A stretch of 49,534 nt of DNA from Candidatus Sysuimicrobiota bacterium. Its GTDB lineage: Bacteria > Sysuimicrobiota > Sysuimicrobiia > Sysuimicrobiales > Sysuimicrobiaceae. The stretch lies in the NCBI GenBank assembly GCA_040289515.1, contig PSLI01000012.1, positions 1 through 49,534 of the forward strand. The letters run 5' to 3'. A model generated the notes under the pieces. The model made no database searches and was not told where the DNA came from. It saw only the letters and a list, made by a program, of their open reading frames with translations. The translations under genes were made by a program, and so were the position numbers. Positions within the stretch are counted from its first letter, which is position 1. Each line of letters opens with the position of its first letter. Shown here piece by piece: positions 1 to 8,125 of this stretch.

Positions 1-277
1 GATTTTGGCGTCTATGGGGCGCCGGGGGGATGCATACGACAACGCCCTGTGCGAGGTCTTCTTCGCCACCTTGAGATGAGGAGGTCCTAAGCCGGTGCCG
101 ATTCCAGACCCAAGCACAGGCGCGCTCCACGTTGTTCGCGTACCTGGAGGGGTTTTCCAACCTCGGGCGCAGGCACTCTGCCCTGGGGTACCTTTCCCCA
201 GAGGAGTCCGAAGGGAGGTGGTCTACAGAAACCCAATCTGTCAGCGCTACACTTTCTACGAAAGCGGGGTAACTCCA
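1..277 (+). mobile_element. IS3-family transposase C-terminal remnant (frameshifted) with right terminal repeat
   Basis: Frame from nt 2 reads SMGRRGDAYDNALCEVFFATL then stops. A shifted frame continues EVLSRCRFQTQAQARSTLFAYLEGFSNLGRRHSALGYLSPEE, matching the IS3 OrfB integrase-core C-terminus. The element ends in ACGAAAGCGGGGTAACTCCA, an IS3-type end finishing in CA. Confidence 0.8.
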
Positions 278-290
278 GGGCGGAGACTCC

Positions 291-1538
291 ATGTCCGGCA
301 ACTGGGACCGACCTTCCCCGGGTGGCCGCCGGCGCACGCTTGGGCTCGTGCTGGCGGGCGGGCGTGGGGAGCGCCTGCACCCCCTGACCCGCGACCGCAG
401 CAAGCCCGCGGTCCCCTTCGCGGGCAAGTACCGCATCGTGGACTTCGTGCTGAGCAACCTTACCAACTCCAACGTGTTCTCCCTGTACATCCTGGTGCAG
501 TACAAATCCCAGTCCCTCATCGACCACCTGCGCCACGCCTGGCGCGCCAGCGGGCTGCACGAGGATCACTTCGTGCTGGTGGTGCCACCCCAGATGCGCT
601 GGGGCGACTCCTGGTACCGGGGCACCGCGGATGCCGTGTACCAGAACCTGAACCTCATCCGGGACTTCGGCCCCGCCCTGGTGGCGGTGTTCGGAGCGGA
701 TCACATTTACCGCATGGACGTCTCCCAGATGGTGGACTTCCACCTGGAGCGGGAGGCGGAGGTGACGGTGGCCGCGGTGCCGGTGCCCCTGGAGCAGGCC
801 ACCCGCATGGGGGTGCTGGAGGTAGACCCGGACGGCCGCGTGCGCGGCTTCGAGGAAAAGCCCAGCCGGCCCCAACCCATGCCGGGCCGGCCGGGCTTCG
901 CTTTGGCCTCCATGGGCAACTACCTGTTCGACGCCCGCCTGCTGGTGCAGGTGCTGGTGGACGACGCCTCCAAGGACACCGAGCACGACTTCGGCCGCAG
1001 CATCCTGCCGGCTCTCGTACCCCGCCACCGGGTGTTCGCGTACGATTTCCACCGCAGCCGCATTCCCGGAACCAAGCCGTACGAGGAGCCCGGGTACTGG
1101 CGGGACGTGGGGACCCTGGACGCATACTGGCACGCCCACATGGACCTTCTAGGGCCGCAGCCCCGCTTCGACCTGTCCAACCACTTCTGGCCCATCAAGG
1201 GGGCGCCGTACGCCGGGCCCTCGGCCCGCATCGTGTTCGGCGAAGTCCGTGACTCCCTGCTGGGAGAGGGCTGCGTGATCCACGGCGGCAGGGTGGTGCG
1301 GTCCGTGCTGGGCCGCGAGGTCCGGGTGGAGGAGGACGTGGAGGTGGAGGGGTCGGTGGTCATGGACTACTGCGTGCTGCGGCCGGGGGTGCGGCTGCGG
1401 AGGGTGATCGTGGACCGGTTCAACACCCTGGAGTCTGGTACCGTCATCGGCTTCGACCCTGAGGCGGACGCCCGCCGCTACCACGTGGACCCCTCGGGGC
1501 TGGTGGTGCTGGGCCGGGGCGCCACCCGGGCCCTGTAG
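291..1538 (+). CDS. glgC: glucose-1-phosphate adenylyltransferase
   Basis: Motifs VLAGGRGERLHPLT, RSKPAVPFAGKYR, WYRGTADAVYQN, ADHIYRMD, FEEKP, ASMGNYLF and YWRDVGT, plus a C-terminal beta-helix. Confidence 0.96.
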   Translation: MSGNWDRPSPGGRRRTLGLVLAGGRGERLHPLTRDRSKPAVPFAGKYRIVDFVLSNLTNSNVFSLYILVQYKSQSLIDHLRHAWRASGLHEDHFVLVVPPQMRWGDSWYRGTADAVYQNLNLIRDFGPALVAVFGADHIYRMDVSQMVDFHLEREAEVTVAAVPVPLEQATRMGVLEVDPDGRVRGFEEKPSRPQPMPGRPGFALASMGNYLFDARLLVQVLVDDASKDTEHDFGRSILPALVPRHRVFAYDFHRSRIPGTKPYEEPGYWRDVGTLDAYWHAHMDLLGPQPRFDLSNHFWPIKGAPYAGPSARIVFGEVRDSLLGEGCVIHGGRVVRSVLGREVRVEEDVEVEGSVVMDYCVLRPGVRLRRVIVDRFNTLESGTVIGFDPEADARRYHVDPSGLVVLGRGATRAL

Positions 1539-1823
1539 CTTGTCCTCAAGCGCAGCCGGGCAGTACGGACGGTGTTGCAGGACGACCGCCTGCAGACGCT
1601 AGCCGATGTTTGCGGGTTGGGGTTGTTCTGAGCCCGCTTGGCCGGGACCTCAAACCCTAGCCCTGGCCGGCGCCTACCTCCTCTGCCGCAGACTTGTGAG
1701 CCGCCTCGGGAGCACAGGTCTTGCGGTGAAACTCCTCGCCCCTACCGGGGGGCCTCGCCACGATGGCTACCCGGGCAGTTCTAGACCTGTGGGCCCGCCT
1801 GGCCGCGGCCGAGCATCCCCCTG

Positions 1824-2819
1824 CTACCGGTTCCGGTCCGCGGCCACCTCGTAGTGAATGTTCTTCGCCTCGAAGAAGTTGACGATCTCGGGGACGTCCA
1901 CCTCCGTGGCCATCCAGGGAGCGGGGTTGGCAGCGCCAAACCGGGCCGGCAGCCCCAGCTCCTCCAGCCGCCGGTCTGTAACGTACTCCACGTACGCGTT
2001 CAGCAGCTCCGCGCTCACCCCGATGACGGGTCGGGGGAGCAGGGTGTGGTGGTAGGCCCTTTCCAGCTCCACAGCCTTCAGGATGAGCCGCTCCAGTTCC
2101 CCCGCGAGCTGCGGGGTCATCAGGTCGGGATCCTGGGCGAGGAGTTCCGTGATGAGGTGGATCCCGAAGCTGAGGTGCAGGCTCTCGTCCTTAAGGGTCC
2201 AGTCCACGATGGTGGCCAACCCCCGAAGGAGGTTGCGGCGACGGAAGGTGTACGCGAAGAGGAACCCGCCGTAGAAGAACACACCTTCCAGGATTACGTA
2301 GTAGCCCACCAGGTTGCGCAGGAACGTCCTGCGTGCGCCCTCGGAGCCCATGTCCAGGGGAGCGAGCATGGGCCGGGCGAGCTCCACCAGGAAGGCCTCC
2401 TTGGCCTGCACGGCGGGCTCGTCCCGGTGGGCGGAGAACACCCGCTTTCGATCCACGGGCAGGGTCTTCAGTACGTACTCGAAGGCCATGGTGTGGTTGG
2501 CCTCCTCCCAGATCTGCCGCGCCAGGTACAGCCGGGCTTCGGGGGCGGTGACGTGCCGGTAGACGGAGAGGACCAGGTTGTGGGTGACCAGCGACTCCAT
2601 GGGGTTGAAGAACCCCAGCAGGATCTCCACGGCTCGTCTTTCTTCATCCCCCAGGCGCGTCTGGTAGTCCCGGACGTCGTCCGCTAAGGACACCTCCTCG
2701 GGAAACCACGTGTTGCGCTTGCCCTGCTGGGCATGGGCGTACGCCCACGGGTAGCTCAGAGGAAATAGCTGGATGGGCTCCAGGGGGTCGCCGCCAATCA
2801 GGGGACGCACGGGGATCAC
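1824..2819 (-). CDS. nrdB: ribonucleotide reductase beta subunit, class Ic (R2c) signature
   Basis: Ferritin-like motifs EEANH, LEGVFFY and DESLH, with a C-terminal NFFE..Y. The first metal ligand is E (FFNPMESLV) and the radical Tyr position is F (EANHTMAF). Confidence 0.9.
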   Translation of the reverse strand: MIPVRPLIGGDPLEPIQLFPLSYPWAYAHAQQGKRNTWFPEEVSLADDVRDYQTRLGDEERRAVEILLGFFNPMESLVTHNLVLSVYRHVTAPEARLYLARQIWEEANHTMAFEYVLKTLPVDRKRVFSAHRDEPAVQAKEAFLVELARPMLAPLDMGSEGARRTFLRNLVGYYVILEGVFFYGGFLFAYTFRRRNLLRGLATIVDWTLKDESLHLSFGIHLITELLAQDPDLMTPQLAGELERLILKAVELERAYHHTLLPRPVIGVSAELLNAYVEYVTDRRLEELGLPARFGAANPAPWMATEVDVPEIVNFFEAKNIHYEVAADRNR

Positions 2820-2822
2820 CTC

Positions 2823-5150
2823 CTAGGACGCGCAGGATTCACAGCTGGTGCTGCAGGAAATCTCCGGGACCTCCAGGTTCCACCGGAGCTTCCTGCGGGC
2901 CTTGTTCACCCGCACGGTGCTGGGCTCCGCGTACATGCGAGGAGCCACGAACAGGTAGTAGGTGGACTTGAGTCCAGCTCGCCACGCCTCCAGGTAGAGC
3001 CGCTCCAGGGAGTCCAGGGAGCGGTCCTGCACGAACAGGTTGCGGCTGATGCCCTGGTCCACCCACTTCTGGGCCACGGCGGCAAGCCGCACGTACGCCT
3101 CCGGGGCGATGCGGTACGCGGTTCGGTGCACACAACGCAGGTGGTCCGGGACCTCTTCCAGCTCCTCCAGGTCTCCTCTGGCTTCCACGATGCGTCCGCG
3201 CACCCGCTCCCACAGGCCGAGGGCCTGCAGCCGCTCCACGAGGACCCGGTTGAACTCCAAAAACTTCCCGGACAGGGTGGAGCGGGCGAAGACGTTGGCG
3301 TAATAGGGGTCCATACCGGGCGTGGTGCCTGCGATGAGGCTGATCGTGGCCGTCGGGGCGATGGCGAGGACCGTGCCGTTGCGCATGCCTTCCCGGACCC
3401 GCCGGCGAAGGGCGTCCCAGTCCAGGCGGCTGGCACTATACACGTGGACTTCGCCCCGCATCCGGGCGAGGTCACGGAGGGTGTCCACGGGCACCTGGCC
3501 CCGGGCCCAGCGGCTCTCCAGGAAGGAGGGGAAGGCACCGCGCTCCCGAGCTAGCTCGCAGCTCGCCTCGATGGCCCAGTAACTGATGCGTTCCATCACC
3601 TCGTCCGTGAAGGCGCAGCTGGCCTCGCTGCCGTACGGCATCTCCAGACGGGCCAAGGCCTCCGCGAGGCCCATCACACCCAAGCCGACCGGCCGATGGC
3701 GGAGGTTGCCCCGCGCCGCCCGCTCGGTGGGGTAGAAGTTCAGGTCGATAACGTTGTCCAGGCCACGCATCGCGCATCGCACCGTGCGGCGCAGCCGTCT
3801 CCAGGCCACGCCCCCGGGGGTGAGGTGCCGCGCGAGGTTCACGCTGGCCAGGTTGCAGACGGCCATCTCCTCCGGTGAGGTGGGCAGGTGGACCTCGGTA
3901 CACAGGTTGCTGGAGTGCACCACCCCCGGCAGCATGCTGCGGGCGTTGGTGGCGTCCTTGAAGGCCAGCCAGGGGTGGGAGGTTTCCAGCAGCGCGGCGA
4001 GGATCTCGCGGAACAGGGTTCGTGCGCCCTCCACGCGGTACGCGTGCGGCGGGATGCGGCCGCTGCGGGCATCCTCAACTCTCCGGAGGTAAGCCACGCG
4101 GAACGCCTCCCCCCACAGATCTGGGAGTTCCGGCACGTAGAGGGGATCGAACAGGTACCAGGGTTCGTCGCGCTCCACCCGTCGGAGAAATTCGTCGGGG
4201 ACCCACAGGGCCGTGTTCACGCTGTGGGCTCTCAGGTAGGGGTCCCCGGAGTTGCGCTTCAGGTCCAGGAACGCGCGGAGCTCTAGGTGCCAGGGCTCCA
4301 GGTACACGGCCAGGGTGCCGCGGCGGCGTCCTCCCTGGCTGATGGCCTTGATGAGGGCGTCGAACAGGTGCACGAAGGGAACGATCCCGGAGCTGGTGCC
4401 GTTGATGCCTCGGATGGGGGATCCCGCAGCCCGCAAGCGGGTCACGGAGGCCCCGAGCCCGCCCGCGTACTTCGCCACCCGCCCGAACTCGGCGCAGGCC
4501 TGGAGAATCCGGTCCAGGCTGTCGGACACATCGTCCAGGTAGCAGCTGCTGAGCTGGTGGTGCGGGGTCCCCGCGTTGAACAGGGTCGGGGTGCTGGGCA
4601 GGTAGTCCAACTGGCTCATGGCGTCGTAGAAGGCGAGCGCCCAGCGATCCGCCTCCCTCTCCTGCAGGCTGAGGCCCATCCCCACCCGCATGAACAGGAA
4701 CTGAGGCACTTCCAGGAGGCGCCGAGAGCTAGGCTCGCGTACCAGGTAGCGGTCCAGAAGGGTGTACAGGCCGACCAGCGGCAGGGCGTCGTCTCGCTGA
4801 GGATCGAGAGCACAGGCCAGGCCTTGCAGATCGAACCGCAGGAGTCGGTCATCCAGGGCTCCGCATTCCACCCCACGGCGCACGTATTCGGGGAAGGCGC
4901 CCCGGTAGACGGCGGGGCTGGGCTCCGGGGACCCCAGGGCTTCGCGATACAGGCGTCGCAGGAACGCCTTGCATGCCAGCCGCTCGCAGGTCGGGTCCTC
5001 GTGCAAGCGTGCCTGAGCCGCCTGCAGCACAGCCAGCTCCGGGTCGTCTTCAGCGCCTGCGGTCCAGGTCAGGTCACAGCCCAGGAGGCGAGCAAGTTCG
5101 GGCTGGGTGAGCCGGTGGATCCAGGATGGCAGAGCTGGTTTTGCTGCCAT
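2823..5150 (-). CDS. nrdA: ribonucleotide reductase class I alpha subunit
   Basis: Motifs PSTPTLFNAG, QLSSCY, SNLCTE, CNLAS, IAPTATIS, KSTYY and C-terminal CESC. Start placed at ATG 5150 behind a GGAGGT RBS, not at the longer ORF start. Confidence 0.93.
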   Translation of the reverse strand: MAAKPALPSWIHRLTQPELARLLGCDLTWTAGAEDDPELAVLQAAQARLHEDPTCERLACKAFLRRLYREALGSPEPSPAVYRGAFPEYVRRGVECGALDDRLLRFDLQGLACALDPQRDDALPLVGLYTLLDRYLVREPSSRRLLEVPQFLFMRVGMGLSLQEREADRWALAFYDAMSQLDYLPSTPTLFNAGTPHHQLSSCYLDDVSDSLDRILQACAEFGRVAKYAGGLGASVTRLRAAGSPIRGINGTSSGIVPFVHLFDALIKAISQGGRRRGTLAVYLEPWHLELRAFLDLKRNSGDPYLRAHSVNTALWVPDEFLRRVERDEPWYLFDPLYVPELPDLWGEAFRVAYLRRVEDARSGRIPPHAYRVEGARTLFREILAALLETSHPWLAFKDATNARSMLPGVVHSSNLCTEVHLPTSPEEMAVCNLASVNLARHLTPGGVAWRRLRRTVRCAMRGLDNVIDLNFYPTERAARGNLRHRPVGLGVMGLAEALARLEMPYGSEASCAFTDEVMERISYWAIEASCELARERGAFPSFLESRWARGQVPVDTLRDLARMRGEVHVYSASRLDWDALRRRVREGMRNGTVLAIAPTATISLIAGTTPGMDPYYANVFARSTLSGKFLEFNRVLVERLQALGLWERVRGRIVEARGDLEELEEVPDHLRCVHRTAYRIAPEAYVRLAAVAQKWVDQGISRNLFVQDRSLDSLERLYLEAWRAGLKSTYYLFVAPRMYAEPSTVRVNKARRKLRWNLEVPEISCSTSCESCAS

Positions 5151-5282
5151 CGGGCACCTCCGTCCCTGGAAATGCGCCCCGAGCCTGGAGGGGGGACGGA
5201 GGGCCTGCCGGCGCGCACGGGCCAACAGGGATCCGGTCGTCCGCTCCGCCCCAGTCCACGAGGGCTCGCGGCCTGCTTGCCG

Positions 5283-5460
5283 GGCCGGCAGGTCTTCGGA
5301 CTCGGGTTCCTCCGGGCCGGACGCCTTCCCAGGCGGGATACCCAGTGGCATTCTGTCCGGCCCGTCCCCCTCACCGCGGCGGGCCCGTCCCGGACTCACA
5401 CCCAAACCGGGTGCTACACCGGCGTTCCCTTTTCACCCCGTCGTGGGGACCGGCCTGGCC
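5283..5460 (-). promoter_or_regulatory. cobalamin (B12) riboswitch upstream of nrdAB
   Basis: Minus strand shows AAAAGGGAA-CGCCGGTG, TCCGGGACGGGCCCGCCGCGGTGA, GCCACTG...CTGGGAAGG and the B12 box GAGTCCGAAGACCTGCC. Downstream, CCTCCGTCCC (5193-5202) can pair perfectly with the RBS GGGACGGAGG (5157-5166). Confidence 0.92.
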
Positions 5461-5510
5461 TATATCTTGTGCTTCAATCAAAATATAGCATCCACATCTT
5501 GTGGTGTCAA
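5457..5510 (-). promoter_or_regulatory. sigma70 promoter with tandem NrdR boxes
   Basis: TTGACA (5505-5510), a 17 bp spacer and TATATT (5482-5487). Two NrdR-like 16-mers, GGCCTATATCTTGTGC (5457-5472) and CATCCACATCTTGTGG (5489-5504), lie 32 bp apart. Confidence 0.88.
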
Positions 5511-5600
5511 GTGATGCGGCGCTTCGGGCACAGCCTCGGGACGAGTCCGGTTTAGCGGGCGGGCTCCGCGCGCTGTTAGAATTCCCGCAGGGAGGTGGAG

Positions 5601-5990
5601 GTGACCATCCCCGTGGGCCTGATACGGGTTGTAGCCGACGAGGAGCTTTTTCAGCTCTCCGAACGGAACCCTGGGCACCGTTTCGCGCGTGCGGCGGACG
5701 GGGGTTGGTGGTGAGCCCCAGGGGCACTGGCCTCCTGGGTCCGAAGGGAACGGTGGGAGGCCTGGGCCCGGGCGAACGGGCGGGGTTCGGGCCCTTCTGC
5801 CCGGACGCCGTGTTCGAAGTGCGGTCGCACCACCAGAAACTAGACCGGCTGCGGGGCAGGCTCCAGGCGTACCTGCGTAATGGCGTGCGGGTTGCGGTGT
5901 TGGCTTCTGTGTTCGCGGACCGAGGCCGGGGGCGGTCTCGGTAGACCCGCTCTGCCCTTGCCGGACTTCCTGCAGGAGCCGCAGCGCGCG
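5601..5990 (+). pseudogene. Uma2-family (PD-(D/E)XK) endonuclease pseudogene
   Basis: After a GGAGG RBS the frame reads DEELFQLSERNPGHRFARAADG, then frameshifts to LVVSP...PFCPDAVFEVRS...LQAYLRNGVRVAVL. The central catalytic segment appears deleted. The end coordinate is approximate. Confidence 0.7.
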
Positions 5991-6112
5991 GGCTTCAAGG
6001 CCGTGGAGGTACTGGCCGCGGAAGGGCCCCCTGCTGCGGCCCAAATCCGGTGCGCTCAGTCACCGTCCGGACCCGCAAGCCCTGACCCGGCCCCTGGGCT
6101 GCTACAATCGCC

Positions 6113-6610
6113 TTGGTGCAGCCCCTCGTGGGACTCATCATGGGCTCCCAGTCGGACTGGGACACGCTGCGGCACGCTGCGGAGACCCTGGACCAGCTGG
6201 GCGTGCCCTACGAAGTCCGGGTGGTGTCCGCCCACCGGACCCCTGACCTGATGGCGGAGTATGCCAAAAGCGCGGAAGCCCGGGGCCTGGAGGTGATCAT
6301 CGCGGGGGCAGGAGGGGCCGCGCACCTGCCCGGGATGACCGCGGCCCACACCGTGCTACCTGTCCTCGGGGTCCCCGTGGAGACAAAGGCCCTGGGAGGC
6401 CTCGACTCCCTGCTGTCCATCGCGCAGATGCCCGCGGGCGTGCCCGTGGGGACCCTGGCCATCGGCCGCGCGGGTGCGGTGAACGCGGCGCTGCTGGCCG
6501 CCAGCATCCTGGGCAACAAGTACCCCCCCGTGCGGGAGGCCCTGCGCTGGTACCGCGCGGCGCAGACCCAGGCGGTGCTGGAAAGCCCCGACCCCCGAGA
6601 AGCGTCGTGA
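6113..6610 (+). CDS. purE: N5-carboxyaminoimidazole ribonucleotide mutase
   Basis: Motifs [25 protein letters not shown] and QMPAGVPV. Confidence 0.97.
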   Translation: MVQPLVGLIMGSQSDWDTLRHAAETLDQLGVPYEVRVVSAHRTPDLMAEYAKSAEARGLEVIIAGAGGAAHLPGMTAAHTVLPVLGVPVETKALGGLDSLLSIAQMPAGVPVGTLAIGRAGAVNAALLAASILGNKYPPVREALRWYRAAQTQAVLESPDPREAS

Positions 6611-7731
6611 GGATCGGAGTCCTGGGCGGCGGCCAGCTGGGACGCATGCTGGCCCTCGCGGGCCTACCGCTGGGCCTGGAGTTCACCTTCCTGGATCCCG
6701 CGGAGGACCCCTGCGCTGCCGCCGTGGGCGGCCACCTGCGGGCCCCCTTCACTGACCCTGATGCTCTCCGGGAGCTGGCACGCATCTGCCAGCGGGTCAC
6801 CTACGAGTTCGAGAACGTGCCGGTGCAGGCCGCATCCGAACTGGCGAAGACCGTACCCGTGTACCCCCCTCCGGCCGCCCTGGAGGTGGCGCAGGACCGC
6901 CTGGCGGAGAAGCGGTTCTTCCGGTCCGTGGGGATCCGCACCGCGGAGTTCGAGTCGGTCGCCTCTCCCCAGGATCTGAAGCGGGCCGCCGATCGGGTAG
7001 GGCTGCCGGCGGTGCTGAAGACCCGTCGGATGGGCTACGACGGGAAGGGGCAGCGGGTGCTGGCTAGCGGTGCGGACCTGCACGCGGCGTGGGAGGCGCT
7101 GGGCGGGCAGGACCTGCTGCTGGAGGAGTTTGTGCGGTTCCGCAGGGAGCTGTCGGTGCTGGCAGCTCGCAGCCAGAGCGGCGAGATGGTCTACTACCCG
7201 GTGGTGGAGACCCACCACGAGGGCGGAATCCTGCGGCTGAGCATTGCCCCGGCACCGGACCTGTCCGCTGCCCTGGTGGAAGCCGCCCACGGCTACGCCC
7301 GGCGCCTCCTGGAAGCTCTGAACTACGTGGGGGTTTTGTGCCTGGAGCTCTTCGAGACTGACGGCGGGCTGCTGGCGAACGAGATGGCGCCCCGGGTCCA
7401 CAACTCCGGCCACTGGACCATTGAGGGAGCGTGCACCAGCCAGTTCGCCAACCACATACGGGCGGTGGCGGGGCTGCCCCTGGGGTCCGCGCAGGCCCGG
7501 GGGTTCTGCGCCATGGTGAACCTCATCGGGCAGCGCCCGGATCCGGGCGCGGTGCTTCGGGTGCCGGGAGCCTGCTACCACTGGTACGGGAAGGTCTCAA
7601 GACCCGGCCGCAAGGTGGGGCACGTGACCGTGTGCGCGGAATCCTGGGAGGTTCTGCAGCAGCGCCTGGGACAGCTGGAGCAGTGCGGTCTGTACGTGCC
7701 CCCGCGCAGACTCAGCGCACCCACGCCCTGA
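6607..7731 (+). CDS. purK: N5-carboxyaminoimidazole ribonucleotide synthase
   Basis: Motifs [36 protein letters not shown] and GRKVGH. Overlaps the purE stop (GTGA). Confidence 0.97.
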   Translation: MRIGVLGGGQLGRMLALAGLPLGLEFTFLDPAEDPCAAAVGGHLRAPFTDPDALRELARICQRVTYEFENVPVQAASELAKTVPVYPPPAALEVAQDRLAEKRFFRSVGIRTAEFESVASPQDLKRAADRVGLPAVLKTRRMGYDGKGQRVLASGADLHAAWEALGGQDLLLEEFVRFRRELSVLAARSQSGEMVYYPVVETHHEGGILRLSIAPAPDLSAALVEAAHGYARRLLEALNYVGVLCLELFETDGGLLANEMAPRVHNSGHWTIEGACTSQFANHIRAVAGLPLGSAQARGFCAMVNLIGQRPDPGAVLRVPGACYHWYGKVSRPGRKVGHVTVCAESWEVLQQRLGQLEQCGLYVPPRRLSAPTP

Positions 7732-7746
7732 GGGCGCTTAGCAGCC

Positions 7747-8118
7747 ATGCGGCTGAGCCGACGGCGTTTCCAGCTGCTGGTGGAGCGGGCCCTGGCGGAA
7801 GTCCCGGAGGTCTTTCGTCGTGCCCTGGAGAACGTGCACGTGGTGGTGGAGGACTGGCCCAGCCCCGACCAGCTGGCGTCCGTGGGGCTGCCCGAGGACG
7901 GGCTGCTGTTCGGCCTGTACGAGGGTACGCCATTGCCCCAGCGCGGTGTTGAGTTGCCGCTTTTGCCGGACCGGATCACCCTGTTCCAGGGTGCCCTGGA
8001 GGCAGCGTGCACCACGGAGGAGGAACTCCAGCAGGAGATCCGGCGCACGGTGCTCCACGAGCTCGGCCACTACTTCGGCCTAGACGAGGAGCGGCTGGAG
8101 GAACTTGGCTACGGCTGA
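7747..8118 (+). CDS. zincin-like metallopeptidase (Zincin_1 family)
   Basis: Motifs LFGLYEG.P, PDRITLF and TVLHELGHYFG (HExxH). Confidence 0.88.
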   Translation: MRLSRRRFQLLVERALAEVPEVFRRALENVHVVVEDWPSPDQLASVGLPEDGLLFGLYEGTPLPQRGVELPLLPDRITLFQGALEAACTTEEELQQEIRRTVLHELGHYFGLDEERLEELGYG

Positions 8119-8125
8119 GGGCGGC

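Noticed and set aside
1606..1854. 82-aa ORF between glgC and nrdB
   Set aside because: No RBS, atypical composition, and it overlaps nrdB.
5151..5405. N-terminal extension of nrdA in the ORF track
   Set aside because: It overlaps the cobalamin riboswitch; the RBS supports ATG 5150.
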